DNA of 64,000 bases, from the IMG/VR virus record IMGVR_UViG_3300028601_000023, positions 64,001-128,000 of that record; one strand, given 5' to 3'. The DNA is from a virus (lineage: Duplodnaviria; Caudoviricetes). Below the pieces are notes generated by a model. It searched no databases, was not told the DNA's origin, and saw only the letters and a list, made by a program, of their open reading frames with translations. Both the position numbers and the translations under genes were made by a program. Shown piece by piece: positions 1-11,273 of the stretch (the stretch's first letter is position 1; the number at the start of each line of letters is the position of its first letter).

Positions 1-52
1 TCAATCTCGGACAAATCTAAGAGTTGAAACGATTCATCCAGTATTTACTACA

Positions 53-562
53 ATGGTTCCAAAGCATAGTTTTTGTTCTGATGTCATCCGTGATTGGGCT
101 GCGGAATATAAGAACGGAAAGTTCAATGGACAAGCTGGACTGCAACTGTCTATCAATAGCACGTCTGATGAACAGCGAAATGAAATGTTTTCAGGGATGT
201 CAAAGTCTCTAGAAGATATCTCAAAAATCTGTGAGAAACTTGAAGATCCGCTTGGACGTAAGTACTGTTTGAACTTTGCATATTCTGATCAGTTTGAAAT
301 CGATGCTCGAAAGCTGAGAAATTTGTTTGATCCTCAGAAGTTCATGTGTAAGATTACTCCGATCCATAATAACACAGCATGTCAGAAGAATTCGTATCAG
401 ACTACCACAGGTTATGAATCTTATAAGCCGTATAGCAAAGTAGAAGCTGAACTAAAAGCTGAAGGATTTAATGTCCTGGTATTTGTTCCGTCTATGGATG
501 AAGAAGACGGTCTTGTAACATGCGGTAACCTTATCTTGTCTGGAAGGGAACTACAGGTATAA
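53..562 (+). CDS. hypothetical protein (may begin upstream of the window)
   Basis: 169 aa ORF with phage-like composition; no recognised motif. Confidence 0.5.
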   Translation: MVPKHSFCSDVIRDWAAEYKNGKFNGQAGLQLSINSTSDEQRNEMFSGMSKSLEDISKICEKLEDPLGRKYCLNFAYSDQFEIDARKLRNLFDPQKFMCKITPIHNNTACQKNSYQTTTGYESYKPYSKVEAELKAEGFNVLVFVPSMDEEDGLVTCGNLILSGRELQV

Positions 563-839
563 CATGACTGCTACTGGAGCGCGTCCGAACTGCGAAGAAA
601 ACAAAAATGGAACTATCATTGTAGTTGATAATGCTGATTCTTTTCCATGTTTATTGATAGATGATAGACTAGGATGTACTGTAGAACTTTTACTTCGGGT
701 TGCTGATTCTGCAACGAATATTGAATGTTCTCAAGTATACGATCCAAACCAAGAATCAGAATTCGAGAAATGGAATCGACTGAAATCTCAAAAGAATTTC
801 AGAAAAATGATGAAAAAAGGAAAACTTTAGTATTTCTTG

Positions 840-910
840 TTGACAGTCCAATAAGTATTGGTTATTCTAAACTCAATTGAACGGAACAACAAAAACCAAG
901 GAGTTTTAAA
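840..910 (+). promoter_or_regulatory. early sigma70-type promoter + leader cassette, copy 1
   Basis: TTGACA(840)-17 nt-TATTCT(863), then aaactcaattgaacggaacaac..accaaggagttt and ATG 911. Confidence 0.85.
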
Positions 911-1192
911 ATGATTACCCTTTTCAAAAATTATGAATCCAAAACTGACGAAAACGGAATCATCACTTACGTAGGAACGATCCTTGATGATAACACCTTT
1001 GTTTATTCGGTTGTTTTTAAATTTCAAATGTTCACCTTAGATATGGAACGCGGGACGGTGCGTGGAAAGGTGACCTATAGCGATTCTGAAACTACCAATT
1101 CATACGCTGGTGAATTTGAGTATTGTCTTCTTCATAACAACCCGAATAGATTTGCAGAACATATGTTGTTTGAATCTGACAAAGATTTCTAA
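911..1192 (+). CDS. early hypothetical protein
   Basis: ORF directly after promoter/SD cassette. Confidence 0.75.
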   Translation: MITLFKNYESKTDENGIITYVGTILDDNTFVYSVVFKFQMFTLDMERGTVRGKVTYSDSETTNSYAGEFEYCLLHNNPNRFAEHMLFESDKDF

Positions 1193-1509
1193 ATAACCAA
1201 AACCGTGGAGTTTAAAATGAAAAAGTATTCGTTGCTCAACAAAAAGACCCAGAAGCTCGTTGAATTTGATAGTACATCAAACACTGGAATTGGTCCATGT
1301 GTAGATGTTATGTATACACTCTGTGAAAACGGTGAACAAGTTTGGCTGGTTGATTCATATGAAAAAGCAAAGAAAGTGCATTCTAATCCTTCAACACCGT
1401 GGTATAATGCAGGATATGAAACTCCGAATTATAATCTTGATATGAATGACTATGAAGTTGTTGAGGTTCATTTTTTTGTTGCTAAAGTTTAACCATAAGG
1501 AATACTAAA

Positions 1510-1725
1510 ATGAAAATCAAATCAATCGTTTCCCAGTCCCGTAGAGATTTCACAGCTATCTATGAATGTGAACATTGTGGAGCAACTGAAAAGTCATATG
1601 GATATGATGATTCGTATTTCCATCAGAACGTTATTCCGAACATGGAATGCAAAGAATGTCATAAGAAAGCTTCTGCTGAATATAGGCCGTTGACAACAAA
1701 ATATCCCGATGGAAAGGTTGTATAA
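1510..1725 (+). CDS. small zinc-ribbon protein
   Basis: CEHC...CKEC; SD aagga upstream. Confidence 0.65.
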   Translation: MKIKSIVSQSRRDFTAIYECEHCGATEKSYGYDDSYFHQNVIPNMECKECHKKASAEYRPLTTKYPDGKVV

Positions 1726-1765
1726 ATTTCAATGAAATCTAATAGCAAAAGGAGTTCTATGGAAC

Positions 1766-2810
1766 TTGGCATTTCTATCAAAGACTGATTTACTAAAAAG
1801 AAACAATATAGAATTGTTCTGTGACAGATGTATCACCGGAGAATTTCAACTTGGTTTTTTTGGTACGGATGGATCTATAAAGGTAGATAACTGTACGATA
1901 CAAGAAAAGGAAAGAGTTGAAATTCTCCGTATTGATTTAGACAACAAATTCGAATGCGGATCTCTACTGAGAGAAGCATGTCTATGTTCTGGCTATTACC
2001 CTCGCATTTTTCTAAAAGATTCGTTTCATAAAGTCTATTTACTTACTGACATATACAAAGATCATGAATTTGCTGGAAAGAATTCTCCACCAATTTCTGA
2101 TTCTTTTAAACTAGATGCAGAACGACAAGAAAGAGCTCTTGTCGATGCTATTAACTTTTACTGTAAGGAGGCGCCTATAGCAATTCATGGATTGTCATAT
2201 CACACATGCTGAAAAGGTTGAAGGGGTTTCATTATTGGGGAACGAACCGTACATTGACATATTATTACATACAACAGACAATCGAAAGATCGGAGTGTCT
2301 TGTAAAGGGACTTGCTGTCCGTCATTAGCAGGAGGTGGACTAAAAGGATTGAAAACAATTGATCCAAATCTTGTATATCGTCTATTTGGCTCTATAGAGG
2401 ATGTTTACAGTGGTCTGGGTTTCAAACAAAACTTTGAGTTCTTTCATATAGATATTCCTGACTTGTTTTTTCAGATTCCAAAGGATTCGGTCAAACGGAT
2501 TCTCTCTGGAACAGAAGAGATGGGTGGGCCGATAGACTATATGTATATCGGTCCTATGGAGATAGAACATTCTCTTATAGATAACGTGCTCTATCTGAAT
2601 GGGAAATTTAAAAGTATTGATGAATACGCTGAGAAGGAATTGTTCTTTCGGATTCGTCAACGTGACTCTAAAGACAAAATTTTAACAATGGATTTTCAGA
2701 CATATGATCGAGAAGGCTATCCGTTTATCCATAGACATGGTAAAAAGAAGACATCTCGGATCGTGATCACCGATTTTGCAACTGGAAATTTATTTTACAA
2801 AATTTTGTGA
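1766..2810 (+). CDS. PD-(D/E)xK-like nuclease, split into two overlapping ORFs (1766-2212 and 2187-2810)
   Basis: AERQE helix in ORF1; EPYIDILL...VSCKG..PSLAGGG in ORF2; frames differ by +1. Confidence 0.45.
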
Positions 2811-3169
2811 AATTATGAAAAAGTAGTTGACAGCTTTTCTTATCGGTTATATCTATTAATTGAAATTGCTTATAAACATCAACAATCAACCACAGAGTTT
2901 ATCATGATCACGACACTTTCTATCAGTTCCATCGAGATCGCAAACAGAGCTCGAAACCTTTACAAGCACAACGGACTATACTTCAGACTGTTTGCTAAAG
3001 GTATTACTCCTAATGGCTGCTGGTTGGTCGCTCCTTACATGCTGCAGCTGATTGATATTGATGCTGCAACTGGCGAAGACGTATATGGACAGAACAGGAT
3101 TGAGTTCATAGGAATGGTTGAGTCCAATAGAGAATATGTAAAATATTTTGACTGAAAGCGTAAAATTGA

Positions 3170-3243
3170 TTGACATATACTAACCATTTAGTTATTCTAA
3201 ACTCAATTGAACGGAACAATAACAAAAAACCAAGGAGTTTATC
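3170..3243 (+). promoter_or_regulatory. early promoter + leader cassette, copy 2
   Basis: TTGACA(3170)-17-TATTCT(3193), same leader. Confidence 0.85.
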
Positions 3244-3591
3244 ATGAAGACCGAACTTACCACCATGATCACGGAATTTGCCAAAGCTAACAAAGTTTCC
3301 AAAATCAAGACCACCGAATTCATCGAGACTGTTCTCGCTCAGCATGCAGTGAAGAAGGAAAAAGTTGTTCGAGAAAAGGTCAAAAAAGAACGTGTGATTG
3401 ATCGGATCTACAATCTTGCTGCTAATTTTCAGACCTTCAACGTTGGTCAGGCTGCTGAGTTGACCAACTCTTCTTGGATCAGTTCTTATCATGCAATTAA
3501 ACATCTTGCCAAGGAAGGTAAGATCAAGGAAGTTTCCAAACAGGAAACTGGTAAGCGTGGAAAGAAGTCTGCTATCTGGTCGATTGCCTAA
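3244..3591 (+). CDS. putative winged-helix DNA-binding early protein
   Basis: basic; FNVGQAAELT...AIKHLAKEGKI pattern. Confidence 0.5.
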   Translation: MKTELTTMITEFAKANKVSKIKTTEFIETVLAQHAVKKEKVVREKVKKERVIDRIYNLAANFQTFNVGQAAELTNSSWISSYHAIKHLAKEGKIKEVSKQETGKRGKKSAIWSIA

Positions 3592-4788
3592 CTCAACCCA
3601 TCTATAAGGAGATATTCAATGACTTCCTATGAACTTGCTGAGTCCATCATGTGTGAGCCGATCCGTTTTGATGACGCAGATGAACTGACAATATCCGCAG
3701 AGGATCGAGCAGCATTGCGCATTGCAAAGATTCTTGGTATCTCTGCGGAGGAGGAATAAGATGTTGGAAGAAAAAGTTGTTCATCTGTTGAATCAGTTGG
3801 AAAATCTGTCAAAGCAATATACACCAGAAGTATTTGATGCTGCTGTGGCAGTTATTCAGATGAATGGTATTACAGAGATTCTAGGAGGACTTATTGTTAT
3901 TGTTCTTGCGGTTGCTGTAGGATATATTTCTTTACGGCTTTACAAATATGCAGGTCAAAAATATGAAGAAGATTATATGAGTGATTGGAACGAAGTTCAA
4001 GGAGTTGTTCAATGGATCGGTCCAATAATTACAATAACGCTTTTAGTCATTGCTTCTTGTTTTCTATTTGATATCTGGAATTGGATTGCTATTTTCAATC
4101 CGAAGTTGGCTCTTGCAAAAACTGTTCTAAAGTTTTAGGAGATCTCATGGGAATCTGTCCGTATTGTGAAAAAGAAATTCCAAGACAAGAATCTGCTATT
4201 CACCATGTTCTTGATTGTGCTAGACTGTTGATCGAGAAGTATGAGAATGCTCTACATAAAATTGTCAAATATTGTCCGTATGAAAATACTGATCCGAAAC
4301 TTCTATCTGAGCAAAAGCGTATTCTAAATGAAATCATGGTGTGTCCAAACTGTGCTAAGAAAGCTGCAAATCAATACGCGTTTTCTAATAGATGTGACAA
4401 GCATTATTCTGAAGAACGAAAAATAGATCTACGGATCAATTCACATCGAGAATATCTAGCTGAGTATGGACCGAAAGAAATTGCTAAAGAGGCATTGAAG
4501 AAAGAATGACAGAAGAAAGAATTATAGCATCAGCGATTAGACATAAGGAAACATGTGAAATATGGACTCTACCCGCACCAGCAAGACACCACAATCTTTT
4601 TAGAATACTTCCTGATGAGTTATCTAGTTCAGATATTGCTAAGTATATAGAACAGGGATTTGAAACCAATCTTAGACCGTTTGTTGATCGAAAAGAAGCA
4701 AAGAAGATTGCTCGTGAAGCAGATCAACTGTTAGATCGAGCTTCTCCACTAAATATTCTTTTTTCTGAAGATGTTTGGTAGAATTCTA

Positions 4789-4853
4789 TTGACAGTCTAA
4801 TAAGAATTGAATATTCTAAACTCAATTGAACAACATAAACCAAGGAGTTTGAA
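4789..4853 (+). promoter_or_regulatory. early promoter + leader cassette, copy 3
   Basis: TTGACA(4789)-17-TATTCT(4812). Confidence 0.85.
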
Positions 4854-5063
4854 ATGGAAACCAACAGAATCGAAATCGACACCAACTTTTCATATGAAAT
4901 TGACTATCAGAATTTGCATAGAACCGGTACTTGGACTCTGATTACAATTTACAAGAACGGACAATTGTTCGGTGGAACTTCTCATAAGGGTCGTCTGTCT
5001 GAGGAAGAGTGTTTGAAGAACGCCAAGAATTTCATTGCAATATACAACTCTTAAGGAACCAAA

Positions 5064-5468
5064 ATGAATAAAACACTTTATATTGTTCGTGGACTTCCTG
5101 GATCTGGCAAGTCAACGCTTGCAAAAAATCTTGTCAGTGAGCCTCTTCTTCATCATCATGAAGCGGATCAGTATTATGTTGGATCTGATGGCGTGTATCG
5201 TTTTGATCCAGATAAGATCGGGGCGGCCCATTCATATTGTCGGAGATGTGTTGAAAACGATATGGAAAACGATATCCCAAGGATTTCTGTCTCTAATACG
5301 TTTACTACTCTGAAAGAGATTCAACCGTATTTGGAACTATGCAAGCTTCATGGATATACTCCGGTTGTCATTCATTGCGAAAATAACTTTGGGAATATTC
5401 ATGGCGTACCAGAAGAAACTCTTGCAAAGATGAAAGCCCGGTGGCAGAAATATGAAATTGCAGTATAA
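5064..5468 (+). CDS. P-loop kinase (AAA_33 / polynucleotide kinase-like)
   Basis: LYIVRGLPGSGKST, EADQY, VSNTFT, HGVPEE. Confidence 0.8.
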   Translation: MNKTLYIVRGLPGSGKSTLAKNLVSEPLLHHHEADQYYVGSDGVYRFDPDKIGAAHSYCRRCVENDMENDIPRISVSNTFTTLKEIQPYLELCKLHGYTPVVIHCENNFGNIHGVPEETLAKMKARWQKYEIAV

Positions 5469-5641
5469 TGTATGCCCAGATTGTATCTTTAAATCTATTT
5501 ACTATCGCGAGATCTGTGAACAACCAAATCATATGAAAGTAAATTATATTACTGGAAAGAAGAAGGGTGTTAATTGTGTAGAGGTCCGTGGTGGATTTAT
5601 CAGCTGTATATTTTTCAAACCTAACATGGAGAAGACGCATA

Positions 5642-5923
5642 ATGGAATTACCAGTTAACTATGATGCTCTTGATCCCTCTTTTAGACACCTTGTGAGGGA
5701 AGAGTATGTACATCTTCAAAAGGGAGACTGTTATTATTGCGGCAGAAAACTTGATGAAGAGCCACCTATTGATGTTTTATGTAAACGAATACATCGTCAT
5801 CTTTATCCAGATGGGTTCTTTAATAGTCCTATTCATCTTCATCATGATCATGAAACGGGGTTGACTTTAGGGGTTGTTCATGCTTATTGTAACGCCGTAT
5901 TATGGGAATATGAGGGAGAATAA
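5642..5923 (+). CDS. endonuclease VII-like (His-Me finger) protein
   Basis: CYYC...HLHHDHETG...VHAYCN. Confidence 0.65.
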   Translation: MELPVNYDALDPSFRHLVREEYVHLQKGDCYYCGRKLDEEPPIDVLCKRIHRHLYPDGFFNSPIHLHHDHETGLTLGVVHAYCNAVLWEYEGE

Positions 5924-6368
5924 GATGATAGTTTATAGAATTTATAAACAGATGAATGCGGCAGATACATGGAGAGATCCAGATGATATTCATGTTGTTG
6001 AACTTGGATACAAACAATCATTAGAAGATTCTCTTGTGTTTGTTCAAAAACAAATTTTAGAAACATTTCATAGAAAACATACTGAAATTTTTAAAAGAAA
6101 AGACGGAACTTATAGTGCTCAGGATTTTTGTTCTTATGCGTGGGAAATAATCATTCAACCAATTGAGGTAGATTAAATGATGAGATGTCCTAAGTGTAAG
6201 GAACAGATGAAAAGAACTTATACACATCATAGAGCATATGATAAGCCCAATATGCATATTGAATCATGTGCAGATTGTTCAATTCAAATTTGTTGGTTCG
6301 AAATGAAAGATGGTTACACATATAAAATTGATCAGATTAAAGATGATGAAACATTAGAAGGATAGAAA

Positions 6369-6770
6369 ATGGAAAAAGCTAATAGATTTTGCGTTCAAAC
6401 TCTAATCAAAGCAGATGAACCAACTTTTAATGGGAGAATCTATTCGAAAGATCTATTGAAAGAAATTTGTAAAATGGATTTCCCAGAATACGGGTCGTGC
6501 TTTCATGGTTATGATAGAAATTTTGATATTGGAACAATTTCTCACATTAACCACGGGTTGTTTATTGAAGATGGTATCCTTACTGGTGATATTGAAGTTT
6601 TAGAAACACCTCCCGGTAAAATTTTAAAAAATGTAATACAAGAATGTGGAGCAGAATCTTTGTTTTTAAACATTTGTTTTGATGCAACTAATATAGACGA
6701 TAAAGAAAATTTTAAGATTATTAGCATTGTTAGTCTTCCTATATCTCCAAGGAGCGATATTCATGAATAA
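6369..6770 (+). CDS. truncated prohead protease gp21-like paralog
   Basis: ADEPTFNGRIYSKDLL...ISHI...GDIEVLETPPGKIL resembles the gp21 N-terminal part; no GVSSRG serine motif. Confidence 0.55.
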   Translation: MEKANRFCVQTLIKADEPTFNGRIYSKDLLKEICKMDFPEYGSCFHGYDRNFDIGTISHINHGLFIEDGILTGDIEVLETPPGKILKNVIQECGAESLFLNICFDATNIDDKENFKIISIVSLPISPRSDIHE

Positions 6771-7005
6771 GTTTATTGTGTGTATTTTGCTTTTGTTTTG
6801 TTGTGCATGTTCAGATGTTGATCTTACTATTCCAAATGAAGTCAAAAAAGTGCAATCCTATAATAAAGGAGAGGTGTGTACTTATTCTTTATATGATGGA
6901 ACAGGACAAGGATATGATACAATTGATGGACCTTGTGGTTGGGCTAATGTGAATGATATAGCTGTTATGGAAAATAATCAAATTGTAGTAAAGAGGAGGA
7001 ACTGA
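6763..7005 (+). CDS. putative lipoprotein
   Basis: MNKFIVCILLLFCCAC signal/lipobox-like N-terminus. Confidence 0.5.
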   Translation: MNKFIVCILLLFCCACSDVDLTIPNEVKKVQSYNKGEVCTYSLYDGTGQGYDTIDGPCGWANVNDIAVMENNQIVVKRRN

Positions 7006-7419
7006 TGACTGTAGTAAAAATTAACGACTATACAGATAATGAAGTAATTAATCTCATAGATTGTGTTACTGGGTGGGCATATAAGATTTTCTTTGAGGGT
7101 GGAAATAGTTCTATATGGTTGTGTCTAGATGTTGAAGGTGAAACAGTTTTTGTTGATTGTAACCATCTTTCTGTTGAAACCGCAGAATCTTTAACAGTAT
7201 CATATGATCCGATCATCAAGATTATTCCAATTGAAAATATAACTATTATTGCAGAGTAAGCAATGAATTCTGATCTCATAAGATGCACATACTGTGGAAG
7301 ATTCATCGCATATAAAGATCTTGAAGAAGAAACTGCTTCTTTCATAATGACTCTTCCTGAGTCTGCTTATTCAGTTGAGACATGGGTTGGAACATGTAAA
7401 GCATGCAACCAAAAAATGA

Positions 7420-7482
7420 TTGACAGCCCATCATGTTTCAGTTATTCTAAACTCAATTGAACAACAAACCAAGGAGATTGAA
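7420..7482 (+). promoter_or_regulatory. early promoter + leader cassette, copy 4 (true ORF start 7483)
   Basis: TTGACA(7420)-17-TATTCT(7443). Confidence 0.85.
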
Positions 7483-8192
7483 ATGGAATTCGTCAAAACC
7501 AATTGCTTCGACAAAGAAACTTCTGACTTTAAAATAGCTGTTCACGGTAATCTCAAAAACCTTTTCGTTGTTGGTGTCTATTCATTTGATATTGATTGCT
7601 TCTATTGGCACAAGTTATTTGTTTATGAAAACGGAAAGAAGCGTAGACCAACACTTGTTGAATTAGATAAGATTGAAAAAAAAGTTCTTTCTTATTATGA
7701 TGAGGATGGTGATTTAGATGTATAGTATGAGAAACAAAGATGGATTTTTGATTGCAAAATTTTCAGATTATATTGGGAAGCTTATTATCATGAGGTCTGA
7801 TGGGCACTTTGACTGTAAGACCTTTTTATCTGGTGGCTATCATAAATGTTACGTTCTTGATGTGGATGCTACTTTTTTCCTTGGGGAAGAAGGAAAAGAA
7901 GAATTTATGAAGGTGTATCTTTGGAAAGGATCTTATCTATATGAGGTTGAGTAATGAAAGTATATTGTAAGAATTGTAAATTTTTTCCAACTCGCCATTT
8001 TCATGCTTTTAATTATAGTTCATGTAATGCTATTACTAGGGTGTGGGCAAGAAAAACAGAAGAATCCCCATATGTCCCACAGTATGAAGAAAAGATTAAT
8101 GAATATGCTATACCAGCCGCCCACAACAAATACAACACATGTAAGTATTATGAAGAAGGATTCTTTTACAAACTTTTCAAAAGGTGGATGTA

Positions 8193-8792
8193 ATGGCTAC
8201 TTTCTTTACTTCAGATTTACATATTGGACATGAACGATGTGCTATTGATTTTAGGCCGCATTCTTCATTGGGTGATATGCATGATTTCATCATAACGGCG
8301 TGGAATGGAACAATTACAAATAACGATGATGTTTATGTCCTTGGAGATGTTTTCATGGGAGAATGGAAGACGCTTGAAAAAGCAAATGAATTTCTCAATA
8401 GTTTGAATTTCAAATCTTTCAATGTTATTCCAGGAAATCATGACAAACCAAATTTTCTAAGAGAAATTTCCATACATAGATCAAAGATGGAACTGAATGA
8501 TTTTGACGTATCCACAACTCATATTGTTGAGAAAAAATTCCCTGTTGAAACAAAGAACACAAAAATGTATCCACTGGTATGTTCTCATTATCCTCTTGCT
8601 TCATGGTCAACAGTTGCTAAAGGTATTGGTCATGTTCATGGACACTGCCATATGGCATATAAGGGAAAAGGTAGAATTCTTGATGTTGGTTGGGATGGAT
8701 TCTATACAGAACGAAAGAAAGGAATTTGGTCTGTTGATGATATCAAAGAATATATGAACAAACAAGAAATTTTTAGCGTAGACTATCACTAA
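8193..8792 (+). CDS. calcineurin-like metallophosphoesterase
   Basis: SDLHIGH, LGDV, PGNHD, SHYP, HGHCH. Confidence 0.9.
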   Translation: MATFFTSDLHIGHERCAIDFRPHSSLGDMHDFIITAWNGTITNNDDVYVLGDVFMGEWKTLEKANEFLNSLNFKSFNVIPGNHDKPNFLREISIHRSKMELNDFDVSTTHIVEKKFPVETKNTKMYPLVCSHYPLASWSTVAKGIGHVHGHCHMAYKGKGRILDVGWDGFYTERKKGIWSVDDIKEYMNKQEIFSVDYH

Positions 8793-9271
8793 AGGAGAAT
8801 GTATGAATATCGGAACATGTTCTATTTGTGGAGGAGCCGTTACTACACCAGACGTTTGGCATGGTGTTATTCCGCCAACCCCGCGATGTTCTAGCTGTGG
8901 TGCAGTTCCTGCTGCTACTTATGGACCAATCATTCAAATGAGACCACAAGTGATTACTGAGATCATTACGACTGGTCCTACAACACTTAATCTATAAACA
9001 CCATTATGAACCTTATAACTTTTCTAACTATCTGGTCATGGATCTTGATGATTGCTGGAGGGATTCTTTCTATTGCCAATGCTGCAATGTTTTGGTATTA
9101 TGAATTCACGAACGACGGGCAGTATACTGTTCTTGTCTATGGTCCTAGACATTATTGGTCTGTTAAGTGGGCTGTTCTTTTTCTTGTAGTTGGTGTATCA
9201 ATATTCTTTTCATTGGAGTAAGCAATGCAAACTTTCATGCCGTATTGGGAAAATCTATTTAGGGGGAAGTT

Positions 9272-9544
9272 ATGAAAATTCGAGCGGGGTTTGTTTCTAA
9301 TTCGAGCAGCAGTTCATTTGTGGTTCATAAGTCTGAACTCGGCGAGCACTATAATGATATTGTAAATGATCTTGAATTGCTTAGTATCAATACTGATGGA
9401 TATTGGGGAGATTCCGGAGAAACTTATACTGAGCAGCGTGGATATCTATTTGTAGAAACTCATCGTGTCTATAGTGAAGTAAAAGAGATCTTTGCTCGTC
9501 GTGGAATCGATTGCAACAATATTGGACTACGGATGGTTGGCTAA
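9272..9544 (+). CDS. MKIRxGFVSNSSSSSF-motif protein 1
   Basis: N-terminal motif shared with 32431, 33212, 33511. Confidence 0.75.
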   Translation: MKIRAGFVSNSSSSSFVVHKSELGEHYNDIVNDLELLSINTDGYWGDSGETYTEQRGYLFVETHRVYSEVKEIFARRGIDCNNIGLRMVG

Positions 9545-10461
9545 TGAATTTTATTAAGTATACTGATATAGAACACCATTATCAGAGCAAATACGTTAAC
9601 TACATGTTGGAGACGCATCCTGAACTGAGAACATGTAAGTATATTGCTCAGGAGAAAATCGACGGATCTAATTTTCAGATTGCAGCTGATTCTACTTCTT
9701 TTCGGTTTGGATCTCGGAATCATCTGTTAGATTCATATGGTAATTTTCAGGGAATGAGTCTAGTACAATTTGCTGATGAACATTTTAGATTCATATTTGA
9801 TCTACAGAAATTTGCTATTCAGCAGAAACAAACAGTTAGAGTCTTTGGTGAGTTATTCGGCAAAGGTATTCAGAACCGAGTATACTATGGAGACCATAAG
9901 TATTTTAGAATCTTTGATATGATGATCGGAGACGAATATCTTACACAAAAAGAATTTTATAATTCTAATCTATTCTATGGGTATGATCTAATTGCATATG
10001 GAGCACCAGAAATACTTTCACTTGAAGAAGCTCTTTCACTTGATCCAACGGCTAATTCTCTCTATACTGGTGCCTTTTACAATAAACCAAATCCAATGGA
10101 AGGTTATGTTATTAAACCGTGGGATGTCAAATCTTCTTTTAGAATCAAATTGAAGAACCCTTCTTTTGCTGAAAAGTCTGTTGCTAGAGAAATTAAGAAT
10201 AAAGAATATTCTGATAGAGTAAATGGGCTAAAAGCAAATTTTGAATCTTATATCAATGATTCTCGGATCTTGTCATGTTTCTCTAAGGTTGGTCCAATTG
10301 AAACTCAGTCTCAACTAGGTCATTATATTCCTTTAATTCTTGAAGATGCTAAAGTAGACTTTTTCAAGGAGAACGAGACAAATGAATTGACAAAGGAAGA
10401 AGTCAAATATATATTCAATTCTGGAAAACAAATTGCGCGAATGCTGCAAAATCATCTTTAA
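9544..10461 (+). CDS. rnlB: RNA ligase 2 family
   Basis: EKIDGSNF, FGELFG, EGYVIKP, IKLKN nucleotidyltransferase motifs. Confidence 0.85.
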   Translation: MNFIKYTDIEHHYQSKYVNYMLETHPELRTCKYIAQEKIDGSNFQIAADSTSFRFGSRNHLLDSYGNFQGMSLVQFADEHFRFIFDLQKFAIQQKQTVRVFGELFGKGIQNRVYYGDHKYFRIFDMMIGDEYLTQKEFYNSNLFYGYDLIAYGAPEILSLEEALSLDPTANSLYTGAFYNKPNPMEGYVIKPWDVKSSFRIKLKNPSFAEKSVAREIKNKEYSDRVNGLKANFESYINDSRILSCFSKVGPIETQSQLGHYIPLILEDAKVDFFKENETNELTKEEVKYIFNSGKQIARMLQNHL

Positions 10462-10485
10462 CCTTTAACCCGTTTGGAGTATCTA

Positions 10486-11184
10486 ATGGCAACTATTATT
10501 GCAATTTCTGGTTTTAAGCGTTCTGGCAAGGATACATTCGCAGAAGAAGTACGTGATGCGCTATATGGTTATTCTGCTATTGGAAGTGTCTATATTGAAC
10601 CAATGGCTGCAGCGATCAAAAATGTTGTTGGACAGATCTACAATGTCAGCGAGAATTCTTATCTTGATGCTGGTCTAACAAAGGAATCTCCTCTTCCGGA
10701 ATTGACCAAATACTATCTACCAAAAGTAAAGTCTGCTGTTCCATTTGGTAGCTATCGTTATGCGTTGGATCTCGTTGGTGAGACAATGAAAACTCTTTTT
10801 GGACCAGACGTTTGGGTTGATGCCATTAAGAGATTTGTAAATGATACAACTTTCTTTTCTACTGGAGACGGTCTGATCATTCCTGATATTCGATTTGCTC
10901 AGGAACAGAAGATGTTGGCAGATCTGGAAAAGGAAGGACATCGTGTGATCCGAGTTTTGGTACTTCGCAAAGACGCTATTCCTGAATGGGCAAAGCATGG
11001 TCTGGTTCCTTCTAATCCGGAAGAACTGAAGATCATCAAGAAAGACTTCCGTGCCTCTAATCCTGAAATTGATTGGTGTATTTCTAATCCGAAATTTGAT
11101 TTTATTGTAAAAAATGATGGACCGATTGAAGAAGTCGCTGAAATTGCTAAAGAATTTGTTAAAAAGTTTTTCAAAGACGCGTAA
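10486..11184 (+). CDS. deoxynucleoside monophosphate kinase (T4 gp1-like)
   Basis: ISGFKRSGKDT, IIPDIRF, VKNDG. Confidence 0.85.
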   Translation: MATIIAISGFKRSGKDTFAEEVRDALYGYSAIGSVYIEPMAAAIKNVVGQIYNVSENSYLDAGLTKESPLPELTKYYLPKVKSAVPFGSYRYALDLVGETMKTLFGPDVWVDAIKRFVNDTTFFSTGDGLIIPDIRFAQEQKMLADLEKEGHRVIRVLVLRKDAIPEWAKHGLVPSNPEELKIIKKDFRASNPEIDWCISNPKFDFIVKNDGPIEEVAEIAKEFVKKFFKDA

Positions 11185-11204
11185 TAATCTAAAAGAAAAG
11201 TGAT

Positions 11205-11251
11205 AAAAGAGGGTCTTTCCTATTGACAGGGGAGACCCTTTTGATTATTCT
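11205..11251 (+). terminator. intrinsic terminator hairpin overlapping a promoter
   Basis: agggtctttcc-loop-ggggagaccct followed by ttt; TTGACA 11223 in the loop, TATTCT 11246. Confidence 0.65.
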
Positions 11252-11273
11252 GAATCCAACAAGGAGCAATTAT

